DNA of 64,000 bases from NCBI GenBank assembly GCA_951406725.2, contig OX597841.1, positions 9,486,001 through 9,550,000 of the forward strand, given 5' to 3'. Of this stretch, positions 43,930 through 57,456 are shown in pieces. Source of the DNA: Octopus vulgaris. Its lineage: Eukaryota. How positions within the stretch are numbered: position 1 is the stretch's first letter; each line of letters opens with the position of its first letter. A program made the translations under genes and the position numbers. The notes beneath the pieces are model-generated. The model worked only from the letters and a program-made list of their open reading frames with translations. It searched no databases and had not been told where the DNA came from.

Positions 43930-45930
43930 AACTAGACTAAATGTCTCTCCTCGCCGGACATGACATGAAACTTCATCAATTCATGTCTGTAATGCAAGCC
44001 ATATGCTACAAATGTGTCCCAGAGAGAAAGGCCACTGTACACAAGAACAAAATCCCCAGAGAGAGGAAAATTCTAATGAGACGGCGTACAAAAGTTTCAA
44101 ATCGCCTCAACAGACAAATTGAAAGCAGTGAAAAGTCCCGCCTGAAAATACAAATGCTGGAGATTGAAAAAAATCTGCGATTCTCCCATGAAAAAGAAAG
44201 AGCAGACAAAGAAGCCTGGGCGATAGACATAAAATCTAACCCCAGAGTTTTCTACAAGTTTGCCAAAGAAACAGCTTCGGTGTACTGCAGGATAGGGCCA
44301 CTCCTCGAAAAAGATGGTTCACTCACAGGAAACCCAATAAGTGTAAGTGAAATACTAAATGAGCAATTCAAAAGTATTTTCACTCTACCCCTACGACACT
44401 TGCCAGTCAGCAATGCAGCTGACTTTTTCGCCACAACAGATACAAAAAATCAGAGGCAGTGATGATTGATTACATCAATATAAAAGAAGACGATGTAATA
44501 AGGGCAATAGATAAGATGAACCCGAACTCATCTACTGGCCCTGATGGATTGCCAGCGATCCTTCTAAAATCATGTGAGTCCTAGTAAGACCACTGCAGTT
44601 ACTCTTCCAGAGATTCCTTGCAACTGGCAAACTTCCAAGCAAGCTGAAGGCGGGTAAAATATGCCCTATTCATAAATGAGACAGCTGAGCAGAGGCCAAA
44701 AATTACAGACCTATCTCTCTGACCTCACACATCAGCAAAATCATGGAACGAATAGTCAGAAGAAAACTAATCACCTTCCTTGAGGAAAATGACTTGCTGA
44801 CTGACACCCAACATGGTTTCCGACCAGGAAGAAGCTGCCTGACTCAGCTCTTACAACATAATGAATGGGTGCTGAAACAGCTACTCAACCACTCAAATAT
44901 GGATGAGATATATCTCGAATTTGATCCTGGACAAAGTCGATCCTGGAATGATGTGTCACAAACTGCGTGATCTTGGTGCAGTTGGAAAATTGGGCAAAAT
45001 GCTGCTTGACTTTCTGAAGGATAGAAGTCAGGTGGTAGTAGCCAATGGGGCCACCTCCAATAACACGCAAATAGTGAGCGGTGTTCCGCAAGGCACTGTT
45101 TTGGGACCACTACTGTTCATAATGGCCCTCTCAGCCATGCCCTCAGCCACAAAGAGAGCCACGATCACAAGTTATACAGATGTACAAAAGTCTCACAGGT
45201 AATACAGAACCCTGAAGACACTATGCACCTGCAATGTGAGCTGGACGGAATATACAAGTGGGCTGAAAAGAATAATATGCAGTTTAATGCTGAAAAGTTT
45301 CAAGCCTTGTGCTATCAGCATGCAAAACTAATAACAATACCAATAAAATACACTGGACCTGGAGGGATTGCAATCCCAGAGACACAGTCAGTGCGAAACC
45401 TGGGCATTTACATGAGTGATGATGCAACCTTCCATGTGCATGTTGCTAAATTGGCAATGAAATGCAGGTGGCTGACCGGATGGATTCTTGGAACTTTTGA
45501 ATGGAGAAATCACGAAACTATGATGATCCTCCGGGGGACATTTGTCCTAAGATGCTTTGCTCCCAGCTAAAATTAATCTCAGAACTTGAGGCAGTCCAAC
45601 GAAGCTACATGAAGATAGCCTCGATGCAGCATATAAGCTACTGGGAAAGACTCAAGAGATTGAGACTATATTCCTTAGAGTGTAGGCGAGAAAGATATGC
45701 CATAATATACATCTGGAAGATCCTGGAAGGTCTTATCCCAAACTTTGGCATTATGAGTTACACTAACGCTAGAACAGGGCGTCACTGTATAGTGTCAAAG
45801 ACTGCAACTTTGCCATCAAAATATAGGATAAGATATTGCAACAGCCTGGGATTTAAAGAACCACAGCTCTTCAATATCCCCCCGAACGACCTGCATGGGG
45901 TGGATATAGATGTCTTGAAAGTAGATTTCT
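43930..45930 (+). mobile_element. CR1-type LINE ORF2 remnant (RT), with stops and frameshifts
   Basis: NYRPISLTSHISKIMERIV, QHGFRPGRSCLTQLL, SGVPQGTVLGPLLF, YWERLKRLRLYSLECRRERY. Confidence 0.9.
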
Positions 45931-46436
45931 TAGGTGAATCTCATACACCACACCTACTCCCATACGCACATACAGACCCACATACATTCACATGCGCTCT
46001 CTCCCATTCTCACATGCGTATTTCCACATATTCTCACTTGCGCACCTTCGTTCAGTGGGGTCACCGTCAACATCTTCCTGCCACTCAGCCTCTTTCTTTC
46101 CATCATTTCACCATGTTGAACGTTAACTCTCGCCGTTTTCCTCTTTTTCGTTCTCTCTCCCTTTTTTTCTCTTTCAATCCTTTCTGTCGAAGAGCGTACA
46201 CTCGAAACTTCAAAGACTTTTCCATTCTTTCTTAGCGTCAAAATAACACTCCAGCTTGTTACTTCCTCGACCGTCGTCGTTTTTTGTTTTATGTTCATTC
46301 GAATTATATCGTCTTTTGACTATTGCTGGTCAGTAATAATCAAACGACTCTATGTTATGGCGATTACTGGCCAGGGAATCACGAAATGGCACAAAATGAT
46401 GATTTTTGGAGTGGTTTCAATGTGTAATTCGTGTAT

Positions 46437-46530
46437 ATTCACCTGATGAAAACACTTTCTTCCGCACGATGTAATACCTCTGTTTATCAAAAAAAAAAAA
46501 AAAAACTCGTTGGAAACAGCTGTAGTGAAT
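46437..46530 (+). ncRNA. Type I hammerhead motif
   Basis: attcac-CTGATGA-a-aac[...]gtt-g-GAAAC-agct-GTA-gtgaat, with a 6-bp stem I. Confidence 0.65.
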
Positions 46531-47425
46531 GAACAATTATCCATCTGTTGGAATAATAGCAATGTAGACATATGTGTGCCGTTGGCGTTTTCTTTTCTTA
46601 CTTCTTTGTGCTTTCTCCTTTCTGACGAAGAGCTATGCACGAAACGTTAAGCCCTCTCCTTTAATCGAGCGTCGAGCTAATACGTACTTTGTGCACGTTT
46701 TGACAGTGATGGTATTGGTGGTGGCTATGGAGGCGGAGGTTGTGGTGATGGTAGTTGTTGTGGTGGTGGTGATGGTGATGATGGTGGTGGTTGTGGCAGT
46801 GGTGATAGAGGTGGTGATGGTGGTTGTAGTGTTTCCTTGGTAGTAGTGGTGATGGTGGTTGTGGTGGTTGTGATGGGTTGGGGTGATGGTGGTGGTGGTG
46901 GTGATGGCAATGGAGGTGGTAAAGCTGAATGTGATGCTAAACGGGAAAAGTTCGAAAAATCAAGAAAAAGAAATATCATCCGGATGAAATGATCGAAGGG
47001 AGATAAGTCAGAGAAGAAGTTGAAGAGTACATTCCCTTGAAAGGGAAACCAACTGCCTTGTGTTTCTTCAATATTTTTCATTTATTTATTACTCACAGGG
47101 GAGGGGGGCTAAACATACGGGGGGCATACAAGGACAGAGGAAGGGATGAAGTCGATTACACCGACCCCAGTGCGTAACTGGTATTTATTTAATCGTCCTC
47201 CAAAGGATGAAAGGCAAAGTGGTTGACATTATGAATAAAGAGTAACGCATTAACTGCAATATGTATGTGACGCATACATACAAACATACATACATACATA
47301 TATACATACATACATACATACATACATACATACATACATACATACATACATACATACATACATACATACATACATGATGGCTTCTCTTTCGTTATTGAGT
47401 ATGGCCATTGCACGAAGCTGAACTG

Positions 47426-48325
47426 TTACCGGTGCTGTGATCGAATGTGACTATTTAGCCCAGCTAAAGATCTACAATGTCTTGTACAGAATTGGCAGCT
47501 AAAACCTTTCCCGGTAATAGCCGACTGTAGTTGTAACTGGGCTTCATGTACCTTTGCATGTCGTTTAGGTCCTCCCGCCGAATCACACTCTCTTCCACCT
47601 GCCCGACAGATATGATTAGTATGGTGTGTTACACCACCCCCAGTGGCCAGGTGGTCACTCATCTGTCTCGCTTTATGACTACGAAGATGGCTCTTGAGTC
47701 CAGCTTTACTTGTCAGCATCATAGGAAGACCCTTACTGTCTGGAAAACGGTGATGCCCTTCTTGATATTCCCCACAAATGTTCTCATGCAACTCGAGACT
47801 TATCAAAATTAGCTGTCCCCTCGTACACAATCCTTCTCCACCTGCTATGATCAATAGCTATGCCCTCCCATGTTTGTTGAATTGATTTCGTATGTGGTTG
47901 CACGTATTTCTGCATTATTGGCGGTTGTTTTTTTTACATTATTGGAGCGGAAAGGATTAAGATATTTTCAGTTACGGAAAGGTCCTAATAAGGTAGGGTT
48001 AATAGGGTTACCTCAACCTTTATCAGATGCAATTAAGTTATTTAGAAAAGAGTATATTAAGCCCACTTTGGTTAATTATTTTCCTTTTTTGGTTTGTCCA
48101 TTTTTAAGTTTGTTTTTTGCTTTATTTCTGTGAATATTATATAATGGTTATTTTTTTGTAAGGATGGGGGGGGGGATAAGTATGATGATGTCTTTATGTA
48201 TTTCTAGAATTATGTATTTCTAGAGATGCTCCCATGCGAGCATCTCTTATGGAAGCCTTCAGCAAGTCTTTATATCTCTTTTTTGGTTTATGTGGAGGTC
48301 GTTCTCCTCTAGCCAACTCTCCATA
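47426..48325 (-). mobile_element. RTE-type LINE 3' remnant with C2H2 fingers, split by the NUMT
   Basis: YGELARGERPPHKPKKRYKDLLK (48230-48325) and CQFCTRHCRSLAGLNSHIRSQH (47426-47510). Confidence 0.7.
47870..48172 (+). pseudogene. nad1: NUMT: 5' third of mitochondrial NADH dehydrogenase subunit 1
   Basis: [37 protein letters not shown]. Reads through TGA (Trp) and AGA (Ser) in the invertebrate mitochondrial code; T-rich composition unlike its flanks. Confidence 0.95.
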
Positions 48326-48489
48326 CATACATACATACTTACATACACGCGCAGTAGTGGCTGTGTGGTAAGTAGCTTGCTTACTTCCTACTGCGCATGA
48401 GTTGTTTGTTGTCAGTGTGCGCATGCGTTGTTGTGTTGTGCGTATCACTGAAGGAGATAGCCGGCTAGCCGGTGAAAAAGTAGCCAGGC

Positions 48490-49255
48490 TAGTTAGTTAG
48501 TTTAGTTAATTAATTTTTGGGCTCAAAAAGCAAAAAGCAAGGCCATGTAGGGGGACGTGGAGTTATGTAGAGGGTGGTGTTCATGCAAAGAGTTCAGGCC
48601 ATTTCTGGTCAAGGGAGACTTTGAACTGAGCGGTCGTCGGCATCTTCACCATCTCATCCGGCAGCTTATTCCACGGATCCGCAACCCGGACGGAGAAAGC
48701 CCCTCTCCTTCGATTGAGATGAAATCGTCGCAGATAGAGCTTTTCGGAATGACCCCGCAGCCGACGCTCTGGAGCAGGAGTGAAGAACAGCTCTTTCATG
48801 AGGTTACACTTTCCGCTTATGATGTTGTGAGCAAGAATGAGATCACCACGGCGTCGTCGTTTTTCTAGAGAATAAAGGTCGAGCATGCTTGAGACCATGA
48901 ACCATGCGGGTAGCCAGCTTCTGGACTCTTTCGAGACGCTGTATGTCTTTGAGGAGATAAGGAGAAGAGGCTTGAATCTTGTACTCCAATATGGGTCTCA
49001 CCAGCATGACATAGAGTGGTAGGAATATGGCTGCTGTGAGCATTCCGAATGATCGTCGAATCAAGAACAGAACTCTGCGTGCTTTGTTGGCAGCATGGAC
49101 GCACTGGGCCGAAGGCGAAAAGGAGGAATCCACCAAGATACCCAGGTTCTTTACCTGGTCGGTCCTCTCCAGCAGCAGACGACCCGGCTCGAAATCAAGT
49201 TGAGTTGCAGGAGGAGAGCCGACAGGCAGATGACAGCACTTTGATACGTTCAAGG
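48490..49255 (-). mobile_element. CR1/L2-type LINE 3' fragment with an (AACT)n tail
   Basis: LYVMLVRPILEY, LERVQKLATRMV, SLEKRRRRGDLI, RLRGHSEKL, FSVRVADPWNKLP. Confidence 0.85.
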
Positions 49256-49400
49256 TAAGGCTTTTGTTTTTTGGGTCCAGAACTATTCTTATAATATCAG
49301 TCTCTCATGTCGAACCGCTAACTTGCGGGGGATGTAAACACACCAACATCGGTTGTCAAATGATGGGGTGGGGTGGGGACAAACGCGAACACGCAAATGC

Positions 49401-49431
<31 letters not shown>

Positions 49432-50569
49432 TGACGGGCTTCTTTTAGTTTCCGTCCACCAAATCCCCTCACAAGACTTTTGTCGGCTCGAGGCTATAGG
49501 AGAAGACACTTGCCCAAGGTGCCACGCAGTGGGACTGAACCAGGAACCATGTGGTTGGGAAGCATACTTCTTTTATTCATTCAATTAACCGCAAGGGCTT
49601 TACAAAGAAAGGAAGCTGCGGGCTGGACACGGACATAATGAGATGAAGCGATTGACGATTTGATAATAATGAGGGCGACAGCAACGCCCGCCGATTGCTG
49701 TTGACCCGAGCACATTGCGCTTTATAAATACTTATTGGGACAACAAACCTCTTACATAACAAATTATAAAGGAGGCAATAAACCTCTTACATCAGTCAAA
49801 AAACAACAAAACAATCAATACAAATGAGGCACGAAGCCTCTTACTTTAACTGATTATAAGCCTTCCAGCCCGACTAGACTTCTCGCCTTGGTCAGACACC
49901 TGGACGGTGTCAAGTCGGGCCACTTCAATACAAGATTGAATGTGTCCGCCGGGAAGGAGTTCATTATCCTGCACAGATCCGTTTCCCATATGACCTCCGT
50001 AGCACCCTGCGAAAGCCAGTCAGGGTCCTCCGTGCGGGACAGAATCCTCCCACTTCGGCCTTTTCTTTTAAACTTCTTGAAATTTTCTATTTGCCCTCGC
50101 CGGCTTTTAAATGCTCACGTTTCTTATTTCTTTGCTGCCCACAAGGGGCTAAACACGGAGGGGCAAACAAGAACATACAAACGAATTATATTGACCCCAG
50201 GGTGGAACTGGTACTTATTTAATCGAAAGGATTAAAAGCAAAGTCGACCTCGGCGGAATTTGAACTCAGAACATACCGGCATACGAAATACCTATTTCTT
50301 TACTGCCCACAAGGGGCTAAACACAGAGGGGACAAACAAGGACAGACAAACGGATTAAGTCGATTATATCGACCCCAGTGCGTGACTGGTACTTAATTTA
50401 TCGACCCTGAAAGGATGAAAGGCAAAGTCGACCTCAGCGGAATTTGAACTCAGAGGAAATAGCGCTACACATTTCGCCCGGTGCGCTAACGATTCTGCCA
50501 ACTCCTCGCCGCCTTCTGAAGCTTGGAATCTCAAATACTCTGGGTTGGTCAGGTTGACAGAACGGAAAA

Positions 50570-50639
50570 CCACTACTACTACTACTGCTGCTACTACTGC
50601 TGCTGCTGCTGATGATGATGATGAGAATGATGATGATGA

Positions 50640-50679
<40 letters not shown>

Positions 50680-50680
50680 G

Positions 50681-50737
<57 letters not shown>

Positions 50738-50869
50738 ATGATGATGCTACTACTACTACCACCACTACTGCTGCTGCTGTTAATACTATTACTACTACCA
50801 CCACCAACAACAACAACAACAACACCACTACTACTACTGTTACTACTACTACTACTACTACCACTACTA

Positions 50870-50920
<51 letters not shown>
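50570..50920. repeat. Compound trinucleotide repeat (ACT/GCT/GAT/AAC)
   Basis: Direct inspection. Confidence 0.95.
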
Positions 50921-51909
50921 GTTGGAAAGCAAGCAGAATCGTTTGAGCGCCTGCAAAATGTTTTGCGTTATTTCGTCCGATTGTTGGCATCCTGAGTTCA
51001 AATCCTACCGAGGTCAGCTTTGCATTTTATCCCTTCGAGTTCGATAAACTAAAATAACCCGGCGCCGGAGTGGCTGTGTGGTAAGTAGCTTACTTACCAA
51101 CCACATAGTTTCGGTTTCAGTCCTACTGCATGGCACCACGGGCAAGTGGCTTCTACTATAGCCTTTTCAGTGGATTTGGTAGGTGGAAACTGAAAGAAGC
51201 CCGTCGTTTATACATGTGTGTGTGTGTGTGTGTGTATGTGTGTGTGTGTGCGTGAGTGTGTGTGAGTGTGTCTGTATTTGTTCCCCCACTATCTCTTGAC
51301 AACCAATGCTGGTGTGTTTATGTCGCCGTAACTTAGCGATTCGGCAAAAAAAAACCCCGATAGAATAAGTACTAGGCTTACAAAGAATAAGTCCCAGGAT
51401 CGATTTGTTCGACTAAAGGCGTTGCCCCAGAATGGCCGCAGTCAACAGAGAAAAAGAAAAGAAGAAAAAAGAAAGGTGCTTAATTCGATGGTAGGGACTA
51501 AAGCATTTATCCTTAAAACTACTAGCCCCTTTACAAAAACAACAACAACAACAACAACAACCATTCTTAACAATTCCAGAGAAGATGCTTCTGTCACTAA
51601 TTGCTAATCCATTCCCAGCCCGCCAACTTCCGGCGACACCTTTGGCTGTTTGGCCAGTGTAATTTCATATCAGTTCGACCAATTTGCTTCCTGGCATCCA
51701 GCTTGAATGGTTGCCGTGGATGATCCGCGATGCGGTGAAATCAAGTGATGACAGAATTTCGATGCGTTTCAGCATTTGTCGTCTCCACAAAATTTCTTCG
51801 CGGGACGTTCACCGCAGTGCAAGGCGTCACAAACAACAGATGCAAGTTAGGTCGGATGTGATAGTTACTGTCCATTAGAGAAGCTGCTTCTGTTGCTAAG
51901 AGCAAGTTC

Positions 51910-52326
51910 AAGGAAGAAAGAATAAAAGAAAGAAAGAGAGAGAGAAAGAAAGAAAGAAAGAAATGAAGGAAGGAAGGAAGACAGAAAGAAAGAGAGAAAG
52001 GAAGAAGGGAAGATAGAAAGAAAGAAAGGAAGAAAGAAAGAAAGAAAGAAAGAGAGGAAGAAAGGAAGAAAGAAAGAAAGAAAGAAAGAGAGGGAGGAAG
52101 AAAGAAAGAAAGAAAGAAAGACAGAAAGAGAGGAAGATAGAAAGAAAGAAAGAAAGGAAGAAGGAAGAAAGAAAGAAAGAAAGAGAGAAAGAAGGAAAGG
52201 AAGGAAGAAAGAGAGGAAGATAGGAAGAAAGAAAGAAAGAACGAAAGAAAGAGAGGAAGATAGAAAGAAAGACAGAAAGGAAGAAAGGAAGAAGGAAAGA
52301 AAGAAAGAAAGGAAGAAAGAAAGAGA

Positions 52327-52360
<34 letters not shown>

Positions 52361-52812
52361 GAGAAAGAAGGAAAGGAAGGAAGGAAGGAAGAAGGAAAGG
52401 AAGAAAGAAAGAAAGAACGAAAGAAAGAGAGGAAGATAGAAAGAAAGACAGAAAGGAAGAAAGGAAGAGAAAGAAAGAAAGAAAGAAAGAAAGGAAGAAA
52501 GAAAGAGAGGAAGATAGAAAGAAAGAAAGAAAGGAAGAAAGGAAGAAAGAAAGAAAGAAAGAGAGAAAGAAGGAAAGGAAGGAAGGAAGGAAGAAGGAAA
52601 GGAAGAAAGAAAGAAAGAACGAAAGAAAGAGAGGAAGATAGAAAGAAAGACAGAAAGGAAGAAAGGAAGAAAGAAAGTAAGAAAGAAAGAAAGAAAGGAA
52701 GAAAGAAAGAGAGGAAGATAGAAAGAAAGAAAGAAAGAAAGGAAGAAAGGAAGAAAGAAAGAAAGAAAGAAAGAGAGAAAGAAGGAAAGGAAGGAAGGAA
52801 GGAAGAAGGAAA

Positions 52813-52850
<38 letters not shown>

Positions 52851-52962
52851 GAGGAAGATAGAAAGAAAGACAGAAAGGAAGAAAGGAAGAAGGGAAGACA
52901 GAAATAAATAAAGGAAGAAAGGAAGGAAGAGAGGAAGAAAGGAAGAAAGGAAGAAAGAACGA

Positions 52963-52998
<36 letters not shown>

Positions 52999-53128
52999 GA
53001 GGAAGATAGAAAGAAAGAAAGAAAGGAAGAAAGGAAGGAAGAGAGGAAGATAGGAAGAAAGGAAGAAAGAAAGAAAGAGAGAAAGAGAGGAAGATAGGAA
53101 GAAAGGAAGAAAGAAAGAGAGAAAGAAA

Positions 53129-53166
<38 letters not shown>

Positions 53167-53962
53167 GAAGAAGAAAGGAAGAAAGAAAGAAAGAAAGAGA
53201 AAAAGAAAGGAAAAAGAAAGAAAGAAAGGAAGAAAGAAAGAAAGAAAGAGAGGAAGATAGAAAGAAAGAAAGGAAGGAAGAAAGGAAGAAAGAAAGGAAG
53301 ATAGGAAGAAAGAAAGGAAGAAAGGAAGAAAGAAAGAAAGAAAGAAAGAAGGAGAGAAAGAATGAAAGAAAGAAAGGAAGGAAGAAGGAAAGGAAGAAAG
53401 AAAGAAAGAACGAAAGAAAGAAAGAAAGAATGAAAGAGAGGAAGATAGAAAGAAAGACAGAAATGAAGGAAGGAAGAAAGGAAGAAAGGAAGAAAGGAAG
53501 AAAGAAAGGAAGAAAGGAAGAAAGGAAGAAAGAACGAAAGAATGAAAGAAAGAAAGAAATGAAGGAAGGAAGAAAGGAAGAAAGGAAGAAAGAACGAAAG
53601 AAAGAAAGAAAGAAAGAGAGGAAGATAGGATGAAAGGAAGAAAGAAAGAAATGAAGGAAGAAAGGAAGGAAGAAAGGAAGAAAGAAAGGAAGAAAGGAAG
53701 AAAGAAAGGAAGATAGGAAGAAAGGAAGAAAGAACGAAAGAAAGAAAGAAAGAAACAAATGAAGGAAGGAAGAAAGGAAGAAAGAAAGAAAGAAAGAGAG
53801 AAAGAAAGAAAGAGAGAAAGAAGGAAAGAAAGAAAGGAAGAAAAATGAAAGGAAGAAAGAAAGAAAGAACGAAAGAAAGAAAGAAAGAAAGAAAGAGAGG
53901 AAAATAGAAAGAAAGACAGAAAGAAAGAAAGAAAGAAAGAAGGGAAGATAGAAAGGAAGAAA

Positions 53963-54008
<46 letters not shown>

Positions 54009-54309
54009 AAGAAAGGAAGGAAGGAAGAGAGGAAGAAAGAACGAAAGAAAGAAAGAAAGAGAGAAAGCAGGAAAGAAAAAAAGGAAGAAAGAAAGGAAGG
54101 AAGAAACGAAGAAGGAAGGAAGGAAGGAAGGAAGGAAGAAAGAAAGGAAGGAAGGAAGAAAGAAAGAGAGGAAGATAGAAAGAAAGAAAGAAAGAAAGAG
54201 AGAAAGAAGGAAAGGAAGGAAGGAAGGAAGAAGGAAATGAAGAAAGAAAGAAAGAAAGAAAGAACGAAAGAAAGAGAGGAAGATAGAAAGAAAGACAGAA
54301 AGGAAGAAA

Positions 54310-54342
<33 letters not shown>

Positions 54343-54364
54343 GAAGAAAGAGAGAGAAGAAGAT

Positions 54365-54402
<38 letters not shown>

Positions 54403-54409
54403 GAAGAAA

Positions 54410-54442
<33 letters not shown>

Positions 54443-54461
54443 GAAGGAAGAAGGAAAGGAA

Positions 54462-54499
<38 letters not shown>

Positions 54500-55913
54500 G
54501 AGGAAGATAGAAAGAAAGAAAGAAAGGAAGAAAGGAAGAAAGAAAGAAAGAAATAGAGAAAGAAGGAAAGGAAGGAAGGAAGGAAGAAGGAAAGGAAGAA
54601 AGAAAGAAAGAGAGGAAGATAGAAAGAAAGACAGAAAGGAAGAAAGGAAGAAGCGAAGATAGATAGGAAGAAAGAAAGGAAGAAAGGAAGGAAGAGAGGA
54701 AGAAAGGAAGAAAGGAAGAAAGAAAGGAAGATAGAAAGGAAGAAAGATAGAAAGGAAGAAAGGAAGGAAGAAAGAAAGATAGAAAGGAAGAAAGGAAGGA
54801 AGAGAGGAAGAAAGGAAGAAAGGAAGAAAGAAAGAAAGAGAGGAAGATAGGAAGAAAGGAAGAAAGAAAGAAAGAGAGAAATGAGGAAGAAAGAAAGAAA
54901 GAAAGAAAGAAAGAGAAGAAGAAAGGAAGAAAGAAAGAAAGAAAGAAAGGAAGAAAGAAAGAAAGAAAGAGAGGAAGATAGAAAGAAAGAAAGAAAGGAA
55001 GAAAGGAAGAAAGAAAGGAAGATAGGAAGAAAGAAAGGAAGAAAGGAAGAAAGAAAGAAAGAAAGTAAGAGAGAAAGAAGGAAAGAAAGAAAGGAAGGAA
55101 GAAGGAAAGGAAGAAAGAAAGAAAGAACGAAAGAAAGAAAGAAAGAAAGAGAGGAAGATAGAAAGAAAGAAAGGAAGGAAGAGAGGAAGAAAGGAAGAAA
55201 GGAAGAAAGAACGAAAGAAAGAAAGAAAGAAAGAAAGAGAGGAAGATAGGTAGAAAGGAAGAAAGAAAGAAAAAAGAAAGAAAGAAAGAAATGAAGGAAG
55301 GAAGAAAGGAAGAAAGGAAGTTAGAAAGGAAGAAATGAAGAAAGAACGAAAGAAAGAAAGAAAGAAAGAAAGAGAGGAAGATAGAAAGAAAGAAAGGAAG
55401 GAAGAGAGGAAGAAAGGAAGAAAGGAAGAAAGAACGAAAGAAAGAGAGGAAGATAGGAAGAAAGGAAGAAAGAAAGAAAGAAAGAAATGATGGAAGGAAG
55501 TAAGGAAGAATGTAAGAAAGGAAGAAAGAAAGGAAGAAAGGAAGAAAGAAAGGAAGATAGGAAGAAAGGAAGAAAGAACGAAAAAAGAAAGAAAGAAAGA
55601 AATGAAGGAAGGAAGAAAGGAAGAAAGAAAGAAAGAAAGAGAGAAAGAAAGAAAGAGAGAAAGAAAGAAAGAAAGAGAGGAAGATAGAAAGAAAGAAAGG
55701 AAGGAAGAGAGGAAGAAAGAAAGAGAGAAAGAAGGAAAGAAAGAAAGGAAGGAAGAAGGAAAGGAAGAAAGAAAGAAAGAAAGAAAGAACGAAAGAAAGA
55801 AAGAAAGAAAGAGAGGAAGATAGAAAGAAAGAAAGGAAGGAAGAGAGGAAGAAAGGAAGAAAGGAAGAAAGAACGAAAGAAAGAAAGAAAGAAAGAAAGA
55901 AAGAGAGGAAGAT

Positions 55914-55944
<31 letters not shown>

Positions 55945-57042
55945 AATGAAGGAAGGAAGAAAGGAAGAAAGGAAGTTAGAAAGGAAGAAATGAAGAAAGA
56001 ACGAAAGAAAGAAAGAAAGAAAGAAAGAGAGGAAGATAGAAAGAAAGAAAGGAAGGAAGAGAGGAAGAAAGGAAGATAGGAAAGAAAGAACGAAAGAAAG
56101 AGAGGAAGATAGGAAGAAAGGAAGAAAGAAAGAAAGAAAGAAATGATGGAAGGAAGTAAGGAAGAATGGAAGAAAGGAAGAAAGAAAGGAAGAAAGGAAG
56201 AAAGAAAGGAAGATAGGAAGAAAGGAAGAAAGAACGAAAAAGAAAGAAAGAAAGAAAGAGAGGAAGATAGGAAGAAAGGAAGAAAGAAAGAAAAAAGAAA
56301 GAAAGAAAGAAATGAAGGAAGGAAGAAAGGAAGAAAGGAAGAAAGGAAGAAAGAAAGGAAGAAAGGAAGAAAGGAAGAAAGAACGAAAGAATGAAAGAAA
56401 GAAAGAAATGAAGGAAGGAAGAAAGGAAGAAAGAAAGAAAGAAAGAGAGAAAGAAGGAAAGAAAGAAAGGAAGGAAGAGAGAAAGAAAGAAAGAGAGAAA
56501 GAAGGAAAGAAAGAAAGGAAGGAAGAAGGAAAGGAAGAAAAAAAGAAAGAATGAAAGAAAGAAAAAAAAAAGAGAGGAAGATAGAAAGAAAGACAGAAAG
56601 GAAGAAAGGAAGAAGGGAAGATAGAAAGGAAGAAAGGAAGAAAGGAAGAAAGAACGAAAGAAAGAAAGAAAGGAAGAAAGAGAGCAAGATAGATAAGAAA
56701 GAAAGGAAGGAAGAGAGGAAGAAAGGAAGAAAGGAAGAAAGAACGAAAGAAAGAAAGAAAGAAAGAAAGAAAGCAGGAAAGAAAGAAAGGAAGAAAGAAA
56801 CGAAGGAAGTAACGAAGAAGGAAGGAAGGAAGGAAGGAAAGGAAGGAAGGAAGAAAGAAATGAAGGAAGGAAGAAAGAAAGGAAGAAAGAAAGGAAGGAA
56901 GGAAGAAAGAAACGAAGAAAGAAACGAAGAAAGAAACGAAGAAAGATAGAAAGAAAGAAAGAAAAAAAAAGAAAGGAAGAATGAATGAAAGAAAGAAAGC
57001 AGGAAAGAAAGTAAGGAAGAAAGAAAGAAAGGAAGAAAGAAA

Positions 57043-57076
<34 letters not shown>

Positions 57077-57128
57077 AAAAGAGAGAAAGAAAGAAAGCAG
57101 GAAAGAAAGAAAGGAAGAAAGAAAGAAA

Positions 57129-57170
<42 letters not shown>

Positions 57171-57295
57171 GAGAAAAAAGAAAACAGGAAAGAAAGAAAG
57201 GAAGAAAGAAAGAAAGGAAGAAAGAAAGGAAGAAAGAAAGAAACGAAGAAAGAAACGAAGAAAGAAAGAGAGAAAGAGATGGAAGGAAGAAAGAT

Positions 57296-57330
<35 letters not shown>

Positions 57331-57420
57331 AAGAAATGAAGATAGAAAGAAGGAAAGGAAGAAGGAAAGAAGGAAATAAATAAAGAAAGAAAGAAAGAGA
57401 GAAAGCGATGGAAGGAAGAA
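51910..57420 (+). repeat. Polypurine (GAAA/GGAA)n tract of about 5.5 kb
   Basis: Almost all purines on the + strand, with a recurring gagaggaagatagaaag motif. Confidence 0.98.
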
Positions 57421-57456
57421 AGTAATTCGTTAGTGGAATTAGCCATTTTTGTATCA

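Noticed and set aside
50545-50995. Poly-Thr/Ala/Asp ORF
   Set aside because: Compound trinucleotide repeat between SINEs with no flanking domain, unlike the midnolin case.
51600-51900. Possible further GIY-YIG remnant (NYTGQT on the - strand)
   Set aside because: Too short and degenerate to call by eye.
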